Positions 52,961-64,000 of a stretch of 64,000 bases of DNA are shown here, piece by piece. The stretch comes from Vicugna vicugna (Eukaryota): positions 1,184,941 through 1,248,940 of the forward strand of contig MU058844.1 in assembly GCA_013265495.1 (NCBI GenBank), written 5' to 3'. Each line of letters starts with the position of its first letter. Positions within the stretch are counted from its first letter, which is position 1. The notes under the pieces are model-generated. The model searched no databases, was not told the origin of the DNA, and was given only the letters and a program-made list of their open reading frames with translations. The translations under genes were made by a program, and so were the position numbers.

Positions 52961-53854
52961 GATGGTCAAATGGAGGGACAGATGGACGGGCAGATGAATT
53001 ACTTTGTTGGCTTATGTCTTTTAAAAATGGTGCCAGTGAATCTTGGATTTTAAGCTTTATACACAGACAATACCTCTGTCCCTGGGGTAGCAATGTTATC
53101 TTAGACAAAGAGTAGGGTATTTTGGATATTTTGATATTTAGGTCTTGATTCATCTTGATTTTATTTTTTCAATGGGAAGCACTGACGTTGTATGCCCCAG
53201 ATCCAGGCAAACTTCTAGGAGGTCAACAATAAAATCGGGAGGAGACAGAGAAGGAGTAGGATAAAATGGTGTAGTATTTCTTAGCTAAAAGAGACCATGA
53301 AGATCACCACATTCAATTCCTTCATGTTACAGTAGTTGATGTAGTAATGATTCTTAGGTACCTGGGCCAGATTTATTCAACCATATCTTCACCTGTTTTC
53401 AGCATAGGCGATAGAATTCAAAAGTGCTCTGCCAGTGCCCTGCTGTCTGGTGTGCTCTGCTGCTGTCAGATAAAGATAAGAAAGGGGGCATTTTAGACTG
53501 TTCATATGACTCTGATACGACCCTTTCATACAGCTACAGAAGACTCAGTGACTGATAATGACTCCAGAAACATCACCTACTAACCAAGTGTCTGAACTCT
53601 AACACAAATCAACAATCTGAAGGCATCAAGCCATTATTTCACAGAAGTATGAAGTTTGAACACAGGTTTCTAAAGAAAAAGCATTTTGCAAAAATATTCC
53701 ATCTGAAAATAGTATGGCTATTTTTGTTAAGATTTAAGGCTGATTTCAAAGAAAAGACCTCTCTGGATATTTTTTCCTCATTTGGGTGTCTGACCTGCAT
53801 AAAAATATAATTCCAGACCCAAAGTTTGCATAGAAAAATACTGCACGGAGCACA

Positions 53855-54010
53855 GGATTTGAAGCTAGGAAACTGTCCTCTTTCTATCTGTGACCTTGGG
53901 CAAGTCACTTAACCTCTCTGAGCCTCAATGTTCTCATCTGCAAAATGGAGCTAGTCCTTTGACAAACACCTGTATGGTGTTTTCTTTGGGTGAGGTTTAC
54001 GAATGACATA
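53855..54010 (+). mobile_element. MIR SINE
   Basis: Near-consensus core 'tgtgaccttgggcaagtcacttaacctctctgagcctcaatgttctcatctgcaaaatgg'. Confidence 0.9.
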
Positions 54011-54651
54011 GAAAACTACCATTTCTCAAGTGTGTACCATGTTTTCAATACCTTACCTATATTATGTCACTCTGTCACAACAAACCCTGTGATGAAGACA
54101 CTGGAATCACATCTTGGAGAGTTCAGCCACACAGTGAGTGGACAAGCCAGGATTCAAATCCAAGTCCAGTGACCCCAAACCCTTACTCCTTGCACTCAGC
54201 TTCACATACTGGCTCACGTATGGGAAGGGACTTTGAAAACTGTGAAGGGCTAGCTGTGTGACTACTATTGTTTTTGTATGTGGCCTTAATTGGGTTTATG
54301 CTCTCCTCCTAAATTCTCTTTTTGTTCATTGTTAGCTTGAAGAGGAATCCTTAGTGACTCCTTGGAAGAGAAAGACAATGGAGCTTGCAGTACATTTTCG
54401 CCTGCTTGCCTGTCTTGTGGCTCTGCCCATTCTCCACATTTCCAAGGGGAGAAGAGTAGTCGTAATGGGTTCTCCAGAGACCCCACAGGCTGGGACAAGG
54501 AGCCAAGCCCTCCTTCTCTTTTGTTCTTCCCAAATATCAGAGTATCTTCAGACAAAGTTCCCTCATTTCCCAGCAAAATCCTGTACTTCTGGGATCACTT
54601 ATTCTCTTGAAGTTAATCTACCATTTAGGGTCTTAAATGTTTAAAGTGTGA

Positions 54652-55268
54652 TTATTTTATTCTACTTTACTTTATTTTTATTTTTCCCAGTTTTATTCAG
54701 GTATAATTGACAAATACAATTGTATATATTTAAAGTGCACAACAGGATGATTTGATATAAGTATACATTGTGGAATGATTGCCATAGTCAAGTTAATTAA
54801 CGTATCCATCACTTCATATACCTCATAGAGTTACTTTTTTTTTTTTTTGGTGAGAATGCTTAAAATCTACTCTTTTCTCAAATTTCAAGTATACCATACA
54901 GTATTATTAACTATAATCACCATGCCATACCTTAGATACTCAGAATGTACTCATCTTATAACTGAAGTTTGTACCCTTTGACCAATATCTCCCCATTTCC
55001 CTCACCTGCCAGCCTCTAGCAACTACCATTCTGTGTTTCTATGAATTTGAGTTGTTTTTCTAGATTTCACATATAAGTGATACCATATAGTATTTGTCCT
55101 TCTCTACTTAGCTAATTTCACTTAGCATAATATGCTCTAGGTTCATCCACGGTGTTGCAAATGTCAGGATTTCCTTGCTTTCTATGATTGAGTAATATTC
55201 CATTGTATGTATATACCACATTTTATTTATCCATTCATCCACCAACGGACACTTAGGTTGTTTCCATG
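54652..55268 (-). mobile_element. L1 3' end (L1MA9-like)
   Basis: T-rich tail; 'gtgagaatgcttaaaatctactct...caaatttcaagtatac'; 'ggttcatccac..tgttgcaaatg', 'ggacacttaggttgtttccat'. Confidence 0.9.
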
Positions 55269-55695
55269 AGGTGCTGCTGATCTCAAATTCTGTTGTCTCA
55301 CACTCCTTTTATACTCCTGTGGTTGCTGGTTGGTTTGAAGGTGGAGTTAGTACTCCCAGCAGCAATTGCCAGCATCATGGGGACACTTGGCCACCAGGAG
55401 ATTCTCTAGACTACTTTCTGTGCTGCTTTGTGGTGAACTGGAACAGGAATGTGTCCAAAATACTGACACTGACACTGAGGTTGGGCATGTACAATATCTA
55501 GAACCACTGAGGACAAAACAATGATGAAAAACATGGGAGATGCTTTATGCAGTGAATGGAAATTGAACACAGAGATGGAGACAGATAAAGAAAAAGGCTG
55601 AACAGCTGAAATACCTGATTTTTTTCCCAATCTCAGAGTGTTTTTTCCTCCTTAGGTAGACAGAACTTGCTGCAGTGTTACATGATATTATTGCC

Positions 55696-55824
55696 TGAGG
55701 TGACCACAGAATTTATGGATGAAGCCAAGATACTTTTGAGAGTAATAGGAGGTGTTAATCCTATTCCCAGGACAACAGGCATACCCTGACTGTCTCGGGC
55801 AAAGCAGGATGTATGGTCTGCCCA
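55696..55824 (+). mobile_element. MER94 hAT-Blackjack MITE
   Basis: 'ggtgaccacagaattta...acttttgagagt...ggacaacaggcat...ggatgtatggtc'. Confidence 0.75.
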
Positions 55825-56019
55825 GTATTTTCCTGTATGTCCATTCTAGTCTCCAGGATCTGTGTTCTAGATGTGCTTTGAAATGAGATCTGCTGTGTCC
55901 TGCCCCCCTGCCCCCAACATGGCCTAATGCATAATCACTTCCTTCTCATTGAGTGGGTAGTTCCCATTTCACCCTTCCTCAACTCTGCTCCCAGTTAGGC
56001 TTCATGTTCTCAAATGTAG

Positions 56020-56265
56020 GGGTCAAGATGGATTCTTTAGTCAAACAGACTTGAGTTTTAATTTTAGCCTGCCAATTACTAGCTGTGATATTTAGGCAAA
56101 AGTTACTTAAACACCCCCAATTCTCTGATTTCTCACCTGTGAGGTGGGGATAGTAATGGTACCTACCTCCTACAGTCATTGTGAGGATGAAATGAGGTAA
56201 TGCAGGTAAACTGATTGACAGTTCCGGGCACATAGTAAGTGTTCAATGTACATTTGCTATAATCA
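56020..56265 (+). mobile_element. MIR SINE, near full length
   Basis: 'agtcaaacagacttgagtt...gtacctacctc...gtgaggatgaaatgag...ggcacatagtaagtgttcaat'. Confidence 0.88.
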
Positions 56266-57274
56266 CTAGCTATCAGTCTTGATGAAAAGGCAGATTATAT
56301 AACTCTTCATATTTTACCCTCTAAGGCCAATAAATAACTAGAATAATATCCTACTGCCCTCCAGGTGAAATTAATCCCTTTCCCATTTGGCTTGTACTCT
56401 CACACTCCTCGTATAATGTTTAGAGTCCGTTATGCCCAACTAGACTTGTGTTTGTATCTATTTCCTCTCGTTCTTTTCTTCTTCTTATCCCCTGATCCCT
56501 GGCACTGCCTCACCCATGGTACATGCTCAGTAACTATTTGTGGAAATCAAATTCCGCTAAGGGTGGTTTGGAAAAGACCATCCAAATTCTTTTCAACTCA
56601 GTAAATAAATGCACCACTCCGCATCATGGTCTCTGAAACCACCCTGCTTCACTCCTTTGGACTGGGAAATGCACACTTGAAATTCAAGGTCCTCAGAATA
56701 GAGGTCCAGTCTTGGGCTGAGTCTGGGAGCTAAATCAGCTGGCTTGTTGTGCTGGGCCTAGGTGAGCAGCAACCAAGTGAACTGGAGTGGACAGAATGGG
56801 AGCTTGGGAGACAAACAAATGTGTCCTGGCCCTGCCAGCAGCTTTGTGATTTTGGCTAACTTTATATCACTCACTGAGCCTCACCTTCCTCAGCTGAGAA
56901 GTGGAAATGATAACGTCTGTATTTTAGTTTAATCTAGGATAATAGATGACATACAGTGTGTAGCATGTTAGTGGGAGTTCAATAAATAGTGACTGTTGGT
57001 CTCCTGGACATAAGTCTAGTTATTCAGGTAAGAATTCCCAGCAGAGCTAAGATGAATTTAGAAGGCCAATCACAAAACAACTTAGCAGGGGTCATCAACA
57101 AGCCGGAATCAGAAAACAGGAGAAAAGCGCTTATGTTAAGAAATTGACCAGGCTCAGAGCAAGAGGCCATAAAATAAACCCAAATCCCCAGCCTGACATG
57201 GGTACCCAGGTCAAGTTAACCAATGTATTTTGCTTATACAGAGATTCCCAAGATAAATGCTGCCTTTTAAACTC

Positions 57275-57440
57275 TAGCCTTGCTACCCAAAGTGTAGTCC
57301 AAGGACCAGCAGCATGAACATCACCTGGAAGCTAGTTAGAAATGCGGGTCCTCAGGCCCCACCTCAAACCTCTAAATCAAAATCTGAATTGTACTAAGAT
57401 CCCCTGGTGATTCACATGGACATGAACACTTGAGGAGGAG
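57275..57440 (+). mobile_element. MER5A
   Basis: 'aaagtgtagtccaaggaccagcagcatgaacatcacctggaagctagttagaaatgc'. Confidence 0.88.
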
Positions 57441-57889
57441 TGACCTATCAGAAACCAGGACACCCCAGATTGACTTTTCTTGAAAATAACATCTGCCTGA
57501 GTCTGACAGGCCAGGACTCTGAACTCCCACTTGGCTTGCCAGGCTCTGAGGTGGGGTACTCTTCTGCTCCAGGTCCCCAGGTCTAAGACTGCTGGTTGCA
57601 TAGAGCCACACCAGCCCTCGTGGGGACTAAGGGCCCTCTGCTGGGACCAGGAGGCTGTCTTTCTTTGGAAACCTAGATTCCTTGGAGCTGTGGCCAGGTT
57701 CTCATGGAAGAACCTCTTGTTTACTTGCTACTGGCCAGTCTGCTCACTCTCTCCAAATAGTCCACCACTCATTTGCTTATGTCATTTCTTTCTCTTGGAT
57801 ACCTTCCTCTACTGTCCCAATCATCCAAACTTGTTGCAATCTTCATCTTCTTTAAGCCAATGGCTCTTAACCTTGTCTACATTTTAGAA

Positions 57890-58070
57890 CCATCTAGTTA
57901 CAATCTGCTGGTAGGGTTAAAAAAAAAACCCAAACCAAACAAACAAATAAAAAACAATGTTCAAGCCTCACCTTTGACCAAACCTGAATCTTTAGAGAGC
58001 ACTCGGACATTAGTATTTTCTTAAAACTTTCCAGATTATTCCAATGTGCAGTCAAAACTGGGAACCACTG
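57890..58070. mobile_element. MER5-type fragment
   Basis: 'ttccagattattccaatgtgcagtcaaaactgggaaccactg' terminus. Confidence 0.6.
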
Positions 58071-58201
58071 CTTTTAGCCTTTATTATTTTCTTTACTTCT
58101 AAATTATCTATGGTCTTGCAATACACAAGAAAACTTTATGTTATTTTGTGCTGTTCTCTAATTTGTCAATCATCGCCCCAAATTAACTGTCAGATCTTAC
58201 C

Positions 58202-58405
58202 CAGTGGTGCTGGAGCAGGCTCATCTGGGCTTATGAAAGGCAGAAACAGTCTATGACGGTGGGCTACTGTGTGTATCTCTTTCCAGCTCCACCTTCATTG
58301 AGCTCCTATTGGGAGCTTGCAGTCGGCCAGAAAATAGGCATACAAATCAGAGCACGCACATTTATTTTTTTTTCCAGAGGGCTGGTTGTTACCAGCATAC
58401 CTCTG
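58202..58405 (+). mobile_element. MER63A-like hAT MITE
   Basis: TIRs cagtggtgctgga ... taccagcatacctctg; internal 'atctctttccagctcc', 'tacaaatcag'. Confidence 0.7.
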
Positions 58406-58674
58406 TTCTTTATGCTGCCCCACATTTAGTTCCCAGAGCTGGGATTAGGGTAGATATTTAATAGGTTATTACTGGGGCAGGAGTTCTCAGGACAAGATTA
58501 GTTGAGTTTGAAATAAAACAAGAGGGTAGAGATGGAGGATGGAGAGGGCTGGAGTTTAGTAAGCCTGGGTAGAGGGTATGGCTCTCCGTAGAAAGACAAA
58601 GGTTCAAAAGAAGCAGGTTTGCTTTGACAAGCAGTGATTTTAGGAAAATATCTAAGTCAGGTGGCAATGATGAA

Positions 58675-59460
58675 GAATTTGAACAGAGACTTTACAGAAG
58701 CTGTATGAATGGCCAGTAATAATGCTCAGCATCATTACTCATCAGGAAAATGCCAGTTAAACCTACAAAGGCAATATTTTATTCCCGATAAATGGTTAAA
58801 ATAAAAAAGACTGCTAATACCAAATAATGGAAAGAATGTGAAATAACAGGAACTTTTGTACATTCCTGGTTGGGGGTATAAAATGAAGCAGAATCTTTAG
58901 AGAACTTTTTGTCAATTTCCTATAAAGTTAATGTTCCTCTATATTATTAACAAGCATTTCCATTCCCAGGCATTTACCTAATTGGAAGGAGAACTTTAGG
59001 CCCATGAAAAGACTTTTACAAGGATTGCAATCTTACTCATAACAGCTAAAAAACTAGAAAGAAACAAAATGTCCATCTACAGGAGTATGGATAAACTAAT
59101 GGTGATATATTCATAAAATGGGAACGTACTCAGCAATAAAATAAAAAGGAGTGAACTACTGATACTGCAACAATGTTGGTGAATCTCAGAAACTGTAGTA
59201 AGCTGGGCACAAAACTGTACACATCACGTGACTCCACTTATGTGAAGTTCAAAAACAGGCTAAATTAATCTATGATTATGGAAGACAAAATGGTGGTTTT
59301 ATTCACTGGAAAAAGGCACAAGGGAACTTTCCAGGGTGATGGAAATGTTGGACATCTTGTTTGAATTGTAGTTATGATTATATGCAATAGTCAAAACTCA
59401 TTGAACTGAATACTTCAGATCTACGTATTTTATCTTATGTGACTTATACCTCAAAAAATG
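58675..59460 (+). mobile_element. Old L1 (L1MB/MC/ME-like) ORF2 end plus 3'UTR
   Basis: 'aaatgtccatc...ggataaac...actcagcaataaa', 'gggaactttccagggtgatggaaatgtt', 'gtcaaaactcattgaactg'. Confidence 0.8.
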
Positions 59461-59483
59461 GTAAATAATATATGCATATATAC

Positions 59484-59960
59484 TGTATAACTTGTCTATT
59501 GCTGCATAACAAATTACCCCAAAATTCAAAGCTTAAATCAATAAACATTTATCATCTCACACAGTTTCTAACGGTCAGGAATCTGGGAATAGCTTAGCTG
59601 GGTGGTTCTGACTCATGAAGTTGTAATCAAGTTACTAGCGAGGGTCACAGTCTCAGAAGACTTGCTTAGGAGTTGAAGGATTTGCTTTCAAGCTCACTCA
59701 CCCAGCTGTTGGCAGGTGGCTTCATCTCTTGACCACCTGGGCCCTTCCATACAGCTACTCAGAACATGAATGGGAATGACCAGGTGAGTGACCCTAGAGA
59801 GAGAACTCTCATCACAGAAGCCACCGTCTTTTATAGCTAATCTCAGAAGTGGCATACCATCACTTCTGCAGTGTTCCATTGGCCACAAAGTACAGTTTGG
59901 GAGGGGAGTACCCAAGAGTTGGAATGCCCTTGTGGAGGGTGGGGCTAGTGGAAAACTTTA
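59484..59960 (-). mobile_element. MLT1 (F/G/H-like) solo LTR
   Basis: 'ctattgctgcataacaaattacccc...cacagtttct...ggtcaggaatctggga..gcttagctgggtggttctg'. Confidence 0.8.
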
Positions 59961-60309
59961 TACAGTGCCCGGCAGTTCGACCAATATCATGGTTATTATT
60001 TGGTATTCCAGGCATATTGGGCAAAATGTATTCACATCTCGTGAATATATCTTGAGCATCAGGAGGTCCCAGTGAAATCAGTTTTAGCTGAGAGGGGAGG
60101 AGAAGTCAGGGAGGAATATACCCTTCAATAAACCAAAAGGAGTAAAGGACTCAGTCTGCCAAGAACAGAACAAGGCAGTGAGAACTCAAGCCACACAGGG
60201 AAGGGGAGAATTTGACAAATGGTAGAAGGAAGTCGGGTCAAGGGGTGACATGCTGGGGGATAGGGATATATGAACACACTTATTGGCTGTAACGACACCA
60301 CCCTCTCTT

Positions 60310-60640
60310 GGTTCCTCTCTTCCTTCCCCAGCTGAAATGTTTTGAACGGCTTTGCTGGCTCATGCTTCTTTCATCCTGGAATGACCTTCTTCCCTCCTTC
60401 CAAGATTGACGACACTCCCGCTTCTCGGCAGTGGCTCCTTTCTCCGCTGTCACAGTGCATCCTTTGTACCTGTGGCCTGACTCTTATTTTATTCTGTTTG
60501 ATTTGATTGCTAGTTGTTTACCTCTATCTCTAACACTATTTTTTGAGCTTCCTGAGCCCAAGGACTGTGTCTTATCTGTTCTCAGTCTTTCTGAAGTGCC
60601 TGACACATAATAGATGCTCTATATGTGTTGGCTGAAATAA
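60310..60640 (+). mobile_element. L2 3' fragment
   Basis: 'ggactgtgtcttatc...gtgcctgacacataatagatgctc..tatgtgttgg'. Confidence 0.65.
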
Positions 60641-62257
60641 AACGGCATGTGACTGAAATTTAAATCCCATGTTTTCTAAACTTAAAATGTTCAAAAGCCT
60701 CATAGTCTTTTTATTAACCAGCAAATTAGTCAATCTCCAATAGAAAAGAATGACTCTCCCTCTTCACACACATTTTAGCTCCTTTGGGAGCCCACGACTG
60801 TACAGGCCTAAGTCAGAAAGTTTTCGTGACTTTAGGTATCACGGTGACAGTTGATGTTGAACTTAAAAAAAGCACAGAGGGACAGATTAACTCTAATGAC
60901 AAAGAAGAAGTCCAGTTCAAAAAGAGAGTATCTCAGACAGCTGTGAGCCATTCAGGAACTGAATCAAACGTTTCATTGATTTTTGCTTATAAGTTCCAAT
61001 TCTTGTACTTTTTCTATTTATATATCCAAAGCCATGTACTTAATAATACTCCTTAAGCACCCTTTTCATCACTGCTCCTGGTAATTCCCTAATTAAAAAT
61101 CCATCGTAATCCCCAGCTTTTTTTGTTTTTTACTTGAGAGATGTGTTTATTTACAGTAGATGGATTTCTGTTACACCCTTGCAGTTTTGGTTATGTGATA
61201 TCCTCTTTCTTCTCCAAGGGCCTTGAGTCCCAAATACTTCTGTAAGGTCTGATCATGGACAGGTATCATGGAGCATAGCTTCAAGGGCTTCAAGGGCTTT
61301 CCAGGTTGGAAGAGAAAAAATCATGGTGATCTCACTCTTGGAAGCACAAGTAGGTTAAGTGTCCCAGGACAGTCCCTGTCAACAAGACAGAATTCAGTGC
61401 CTGTGTCCTTAATCTGCCCCATCATTGAGGCCCTTGTCCTGAGACACAAACCCAGCCCAATTTGTGAGTCAGCCTTGACTAGGCTGAAAGTACAGCTGTG
61501 AGTCCCACCCACGGGTGGACTCCAGAATTAATTAGGGCTGGTTGCCAGTCCTGCCATCCACATACGCCCTTTTGCCATAATCTTCAGGGCATTTTACAAG
61601 AATCAGTCAACATGAGTAAGGGGCTAAGTATGAGGATGGGACTTTGTGCTTCTGTTTTCCTACTTAGTCCTTTAATTGGGTCCAACGGAGTGAGAGACAG
61701 TATGATATATTTAATAGAAAGAGCCCAAAATCTAGTCAAGCTAATCTAGAGTCTTCTTCCCACTTCCATCTCTTATTAGCTGTCTAGTCTTGGACCCATT
61801 ATATAACCTCCTTTCCCATTTGGGAAATGGAAGGAACAATATTTCCATTATTATTTGTTACAATAATTAAATGACCAGAGGGGTGTGCAGGCCCTAGCAC
61901 ATAGCATGTGCCCACTAATGTTATTTCTGTTTCTATCTTCCCTTAAACTGGAGTTCTGTCCTTCCAGCCCAATGAATCCATTGAGAGTATTCCCCAGACT
62001 CTATGTTCTGTTGCCATGTCTACCTATCAACTCTCTTTCATGATAGCTTGACTTCCAGTTGAGTTCACTTCTTTGACTCCTTGGAAGTGATACCAGGCCA
62101 AACAAACACAAGGTCACTGCCTTTTGGACTTGTTATTATGGATTGGTGGTTTCTTTTCCTGGGGCACAATTTGGCTGTTGGTTTAGTTTTCCCTCTCGGC
62201 CTTAGCTAGTCCCAGACCCTCCCGTCCCTCTGCTCAATGTCAGTAAGACACAGGTAA

Positions 62258-62518
62258 GCAAAGTGGAATAGTGTTCAAGTTTACAGATTCTAGAATTGCA
62301 CGGCTCAGGTTTAAATCCCATCACCACTACTTCCCTACTGTGAGATTGTAGGCAAGCCCCTTTACTCCTCTGAAGCCTCAGTCTTTCCATCTTTAAAAGG
62401 AGCTTCATAGTATTACCTAACTCCAAGACAATGGGGAGAATCACCTGAGAAAATACATAAAAAGCTTTAACAAACTGCCTGGCACATAATAAACGATCAA
62501 TTAATATAGGCTATTATT
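62258..62518 (+). mobile_element. MIR SINE, near full length
   Basis: 'ggtttaaatccca...gcctcagtctttccatctttaaaagg...gcctggcacataataaacgatcaat...gctattatt'. Confidence 0.85.
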
Positions 62519-63249
62519 TTATGCTTTGCTGCTGAGCCCAGCTATGTACTGAGGATAAGCATGAATCACAAAGCTATATTCCTGTCTTGAATACTGCTTA
62601 CCTGTCAGTAGTTGGAATCAGGCCACTATTATTTTCTGTCAAATTAGGCAGTTCCTATTTTGTATGACGAATTTTGGATGAAGAATGAGTGATTCATTGG
62701 CCACACATACACTGGAGCATGTTTTTATTTATTTTCTTTATCTAGTCTATTCTCAAGGGACCTCAGAATTCAGGTTTGAAGTAAGGAAAGAGTGGTCCGT
62801 CAGGATTCTTAGCTCATCTATGTCCATATGTTCATGAGCTGAAAGGAAGAATTTGAATCTAGAAGAAAGGTGATCTGTAAGCAGCCTATTGCAATAATCT
62901 TGGTGAGAATCTCTAAAGATCAGAACCAAGCAGAGGGATATGAGAGTAAAAGTCCCCATGAATTCTGGGCTTTAGAGTGCCCTGCATGTCACAGACACAG
63001 AAAGACTATGTTGATGAGACAACACATGAGGGCCTCTGTGACTTGGAATCCTGCACTCAAGGCCAGCGCAGAGTGACTGAAAACCTAAGATGTTATTCCC
63101 TTGGTTGACACCATTGAAGCCCTAGGGAAAAACTTCTCCAAATTGGTCGACCTACATCCTCAGAAGAAAAGACAATTGTATCTACAGGCCACGAAAGTCT
63201 GTGGGTTGTGCTCCTTCTGATGTGGAAGTCAGAAACTCTTTAGGAAGAC

Positions 63250-64000
63250 AGGGTGCATTTGACTGGCAGGAGGGTTTAGATTAAAAACAAAAAAATTTAT
63301 TTAGCTTGTCAGTTCTTCCTGTACAAAGCATGTGTGAAGCAAGATATTGGTTCTTTACATTGGCAGATAAATGTAGAATTAAGTTTGAGTTTTATAAAAG
63401 CATTTAATAATGTTAAATAATTTTTTTAGGAAAGAAAGCTTTGTTTTGTTTTGATTTACATTTTGATACTTCTTGATTATAACTTGTATTTTTCTTTTAA
63501 TTTTAATAAACTATTTGAATGTTTGAGAAGAAACATGACTTTTGAAAGCACATGAAAAATACTTTTTTATATTTAAGTTTGCTTTATTTTGTATTTTTGA
63601 TTAAAATATATTCAGATTTGGTGTGCTTTGGACATAATTACATTTTCACTTTTAATACCTTAGATCATTATTATCAATAGAATCAAACTCTGTGAAGATC
63701 TTGATAAGAATAATATAATAAGTAATTTTGCTGAAGTAAAGACAAAAAAAGAATTTTATGAAATAAAATTTTATGTAATAATTTTTGAATTATGTATGCT
63801 TTTTCTTAATTACTCACCCAAACTTTGGCAGCCCATCAACTGACTATTGAGACATGTACAATATTGATTAAATTCACTCATCCTTGATATTTAATAGACT
63901 TTCAATTGTATAAAAACAATAGGTTTCCATATTTCAGAAAATTCTTGTCATTCAGAAGATATACTTGGTAAGGTAGGGGATAGAATGTATTTTATTAAGC
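63250..64000 (+). mobile_element. hAT-Tip100 (Zaphod/MER115-like) fossil with transposase C-terminal remnant
   Basis: 63671-63756 reads LSIES/(frameshift)/CEDLDKNNIISNFAEVKTKKEF, resembling the hAT dimerisation-domain tail; boundaries uncertain. Confidence 0.55.

Noticed and set aside
53855..54200. Adjacent inverted MIR pair (also 3372-3835) as a dsRNA hairpin
   Set aside because: Copies are too diverged for a stable duplex, and this arrangement is common
62753..62850. Minus-strand acceptor followed by HEHMDIDELRILTDHSF...
   Set aside because: No good donor before the stop and no recognised homology
1..64000. CRISPR array, operon or other prokaryote-type system
   Set aside because: The sequence is mammalian, with no regularly spaced repeat-spacer array and no long ORFs

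Overview
This is mammalian (eutherian) nuclear DNA: AT-rich, CpG-depleted, with no CpG island. I found no recognisable protein-coding exon, tRNA/rRNA gene or CRISPR array, so it reads as intergenic or deep intronic. The listed ORFs are chance ORFs or decayed retroelement fragments. The window holds many ancient repeats: MIR, L2, L3/CR1, MER5, MER58A, MER63A, MER81, MER94, MADE2, a Tigger2-type MITE, MLT1 LTRs including an LTR-int-LTR MaLR relic, old L1M pieces and a hAT transposase fossil. It also holds younger 5'-truncated L1 copies with visible target-site duplications (TSDs) and an ERV1-type solo LTR. The young L1 3' ends and the lack of Alu, B1/B2, SINEC, Bov-tA/BovB or PRE1 suggest a cetartiodactyl, probably a camelid (inference). 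I found no convincing new biological system. The best leads are: a repeat-poor 10.9-12.7 kb segment rich in NF-kB, STAT, octamer and ETS motifs (candidate inflammatory enhancer); a ~102-bp local dispersed duplication; a tiny twin-primed L1; an L1 with a micro 3' transduction; and a MaLR provirus whose two LTRs look dissimilar. Repeat family names come from my recall of consensus sequences, not from a search, and boundaries of old repeats are approximate.
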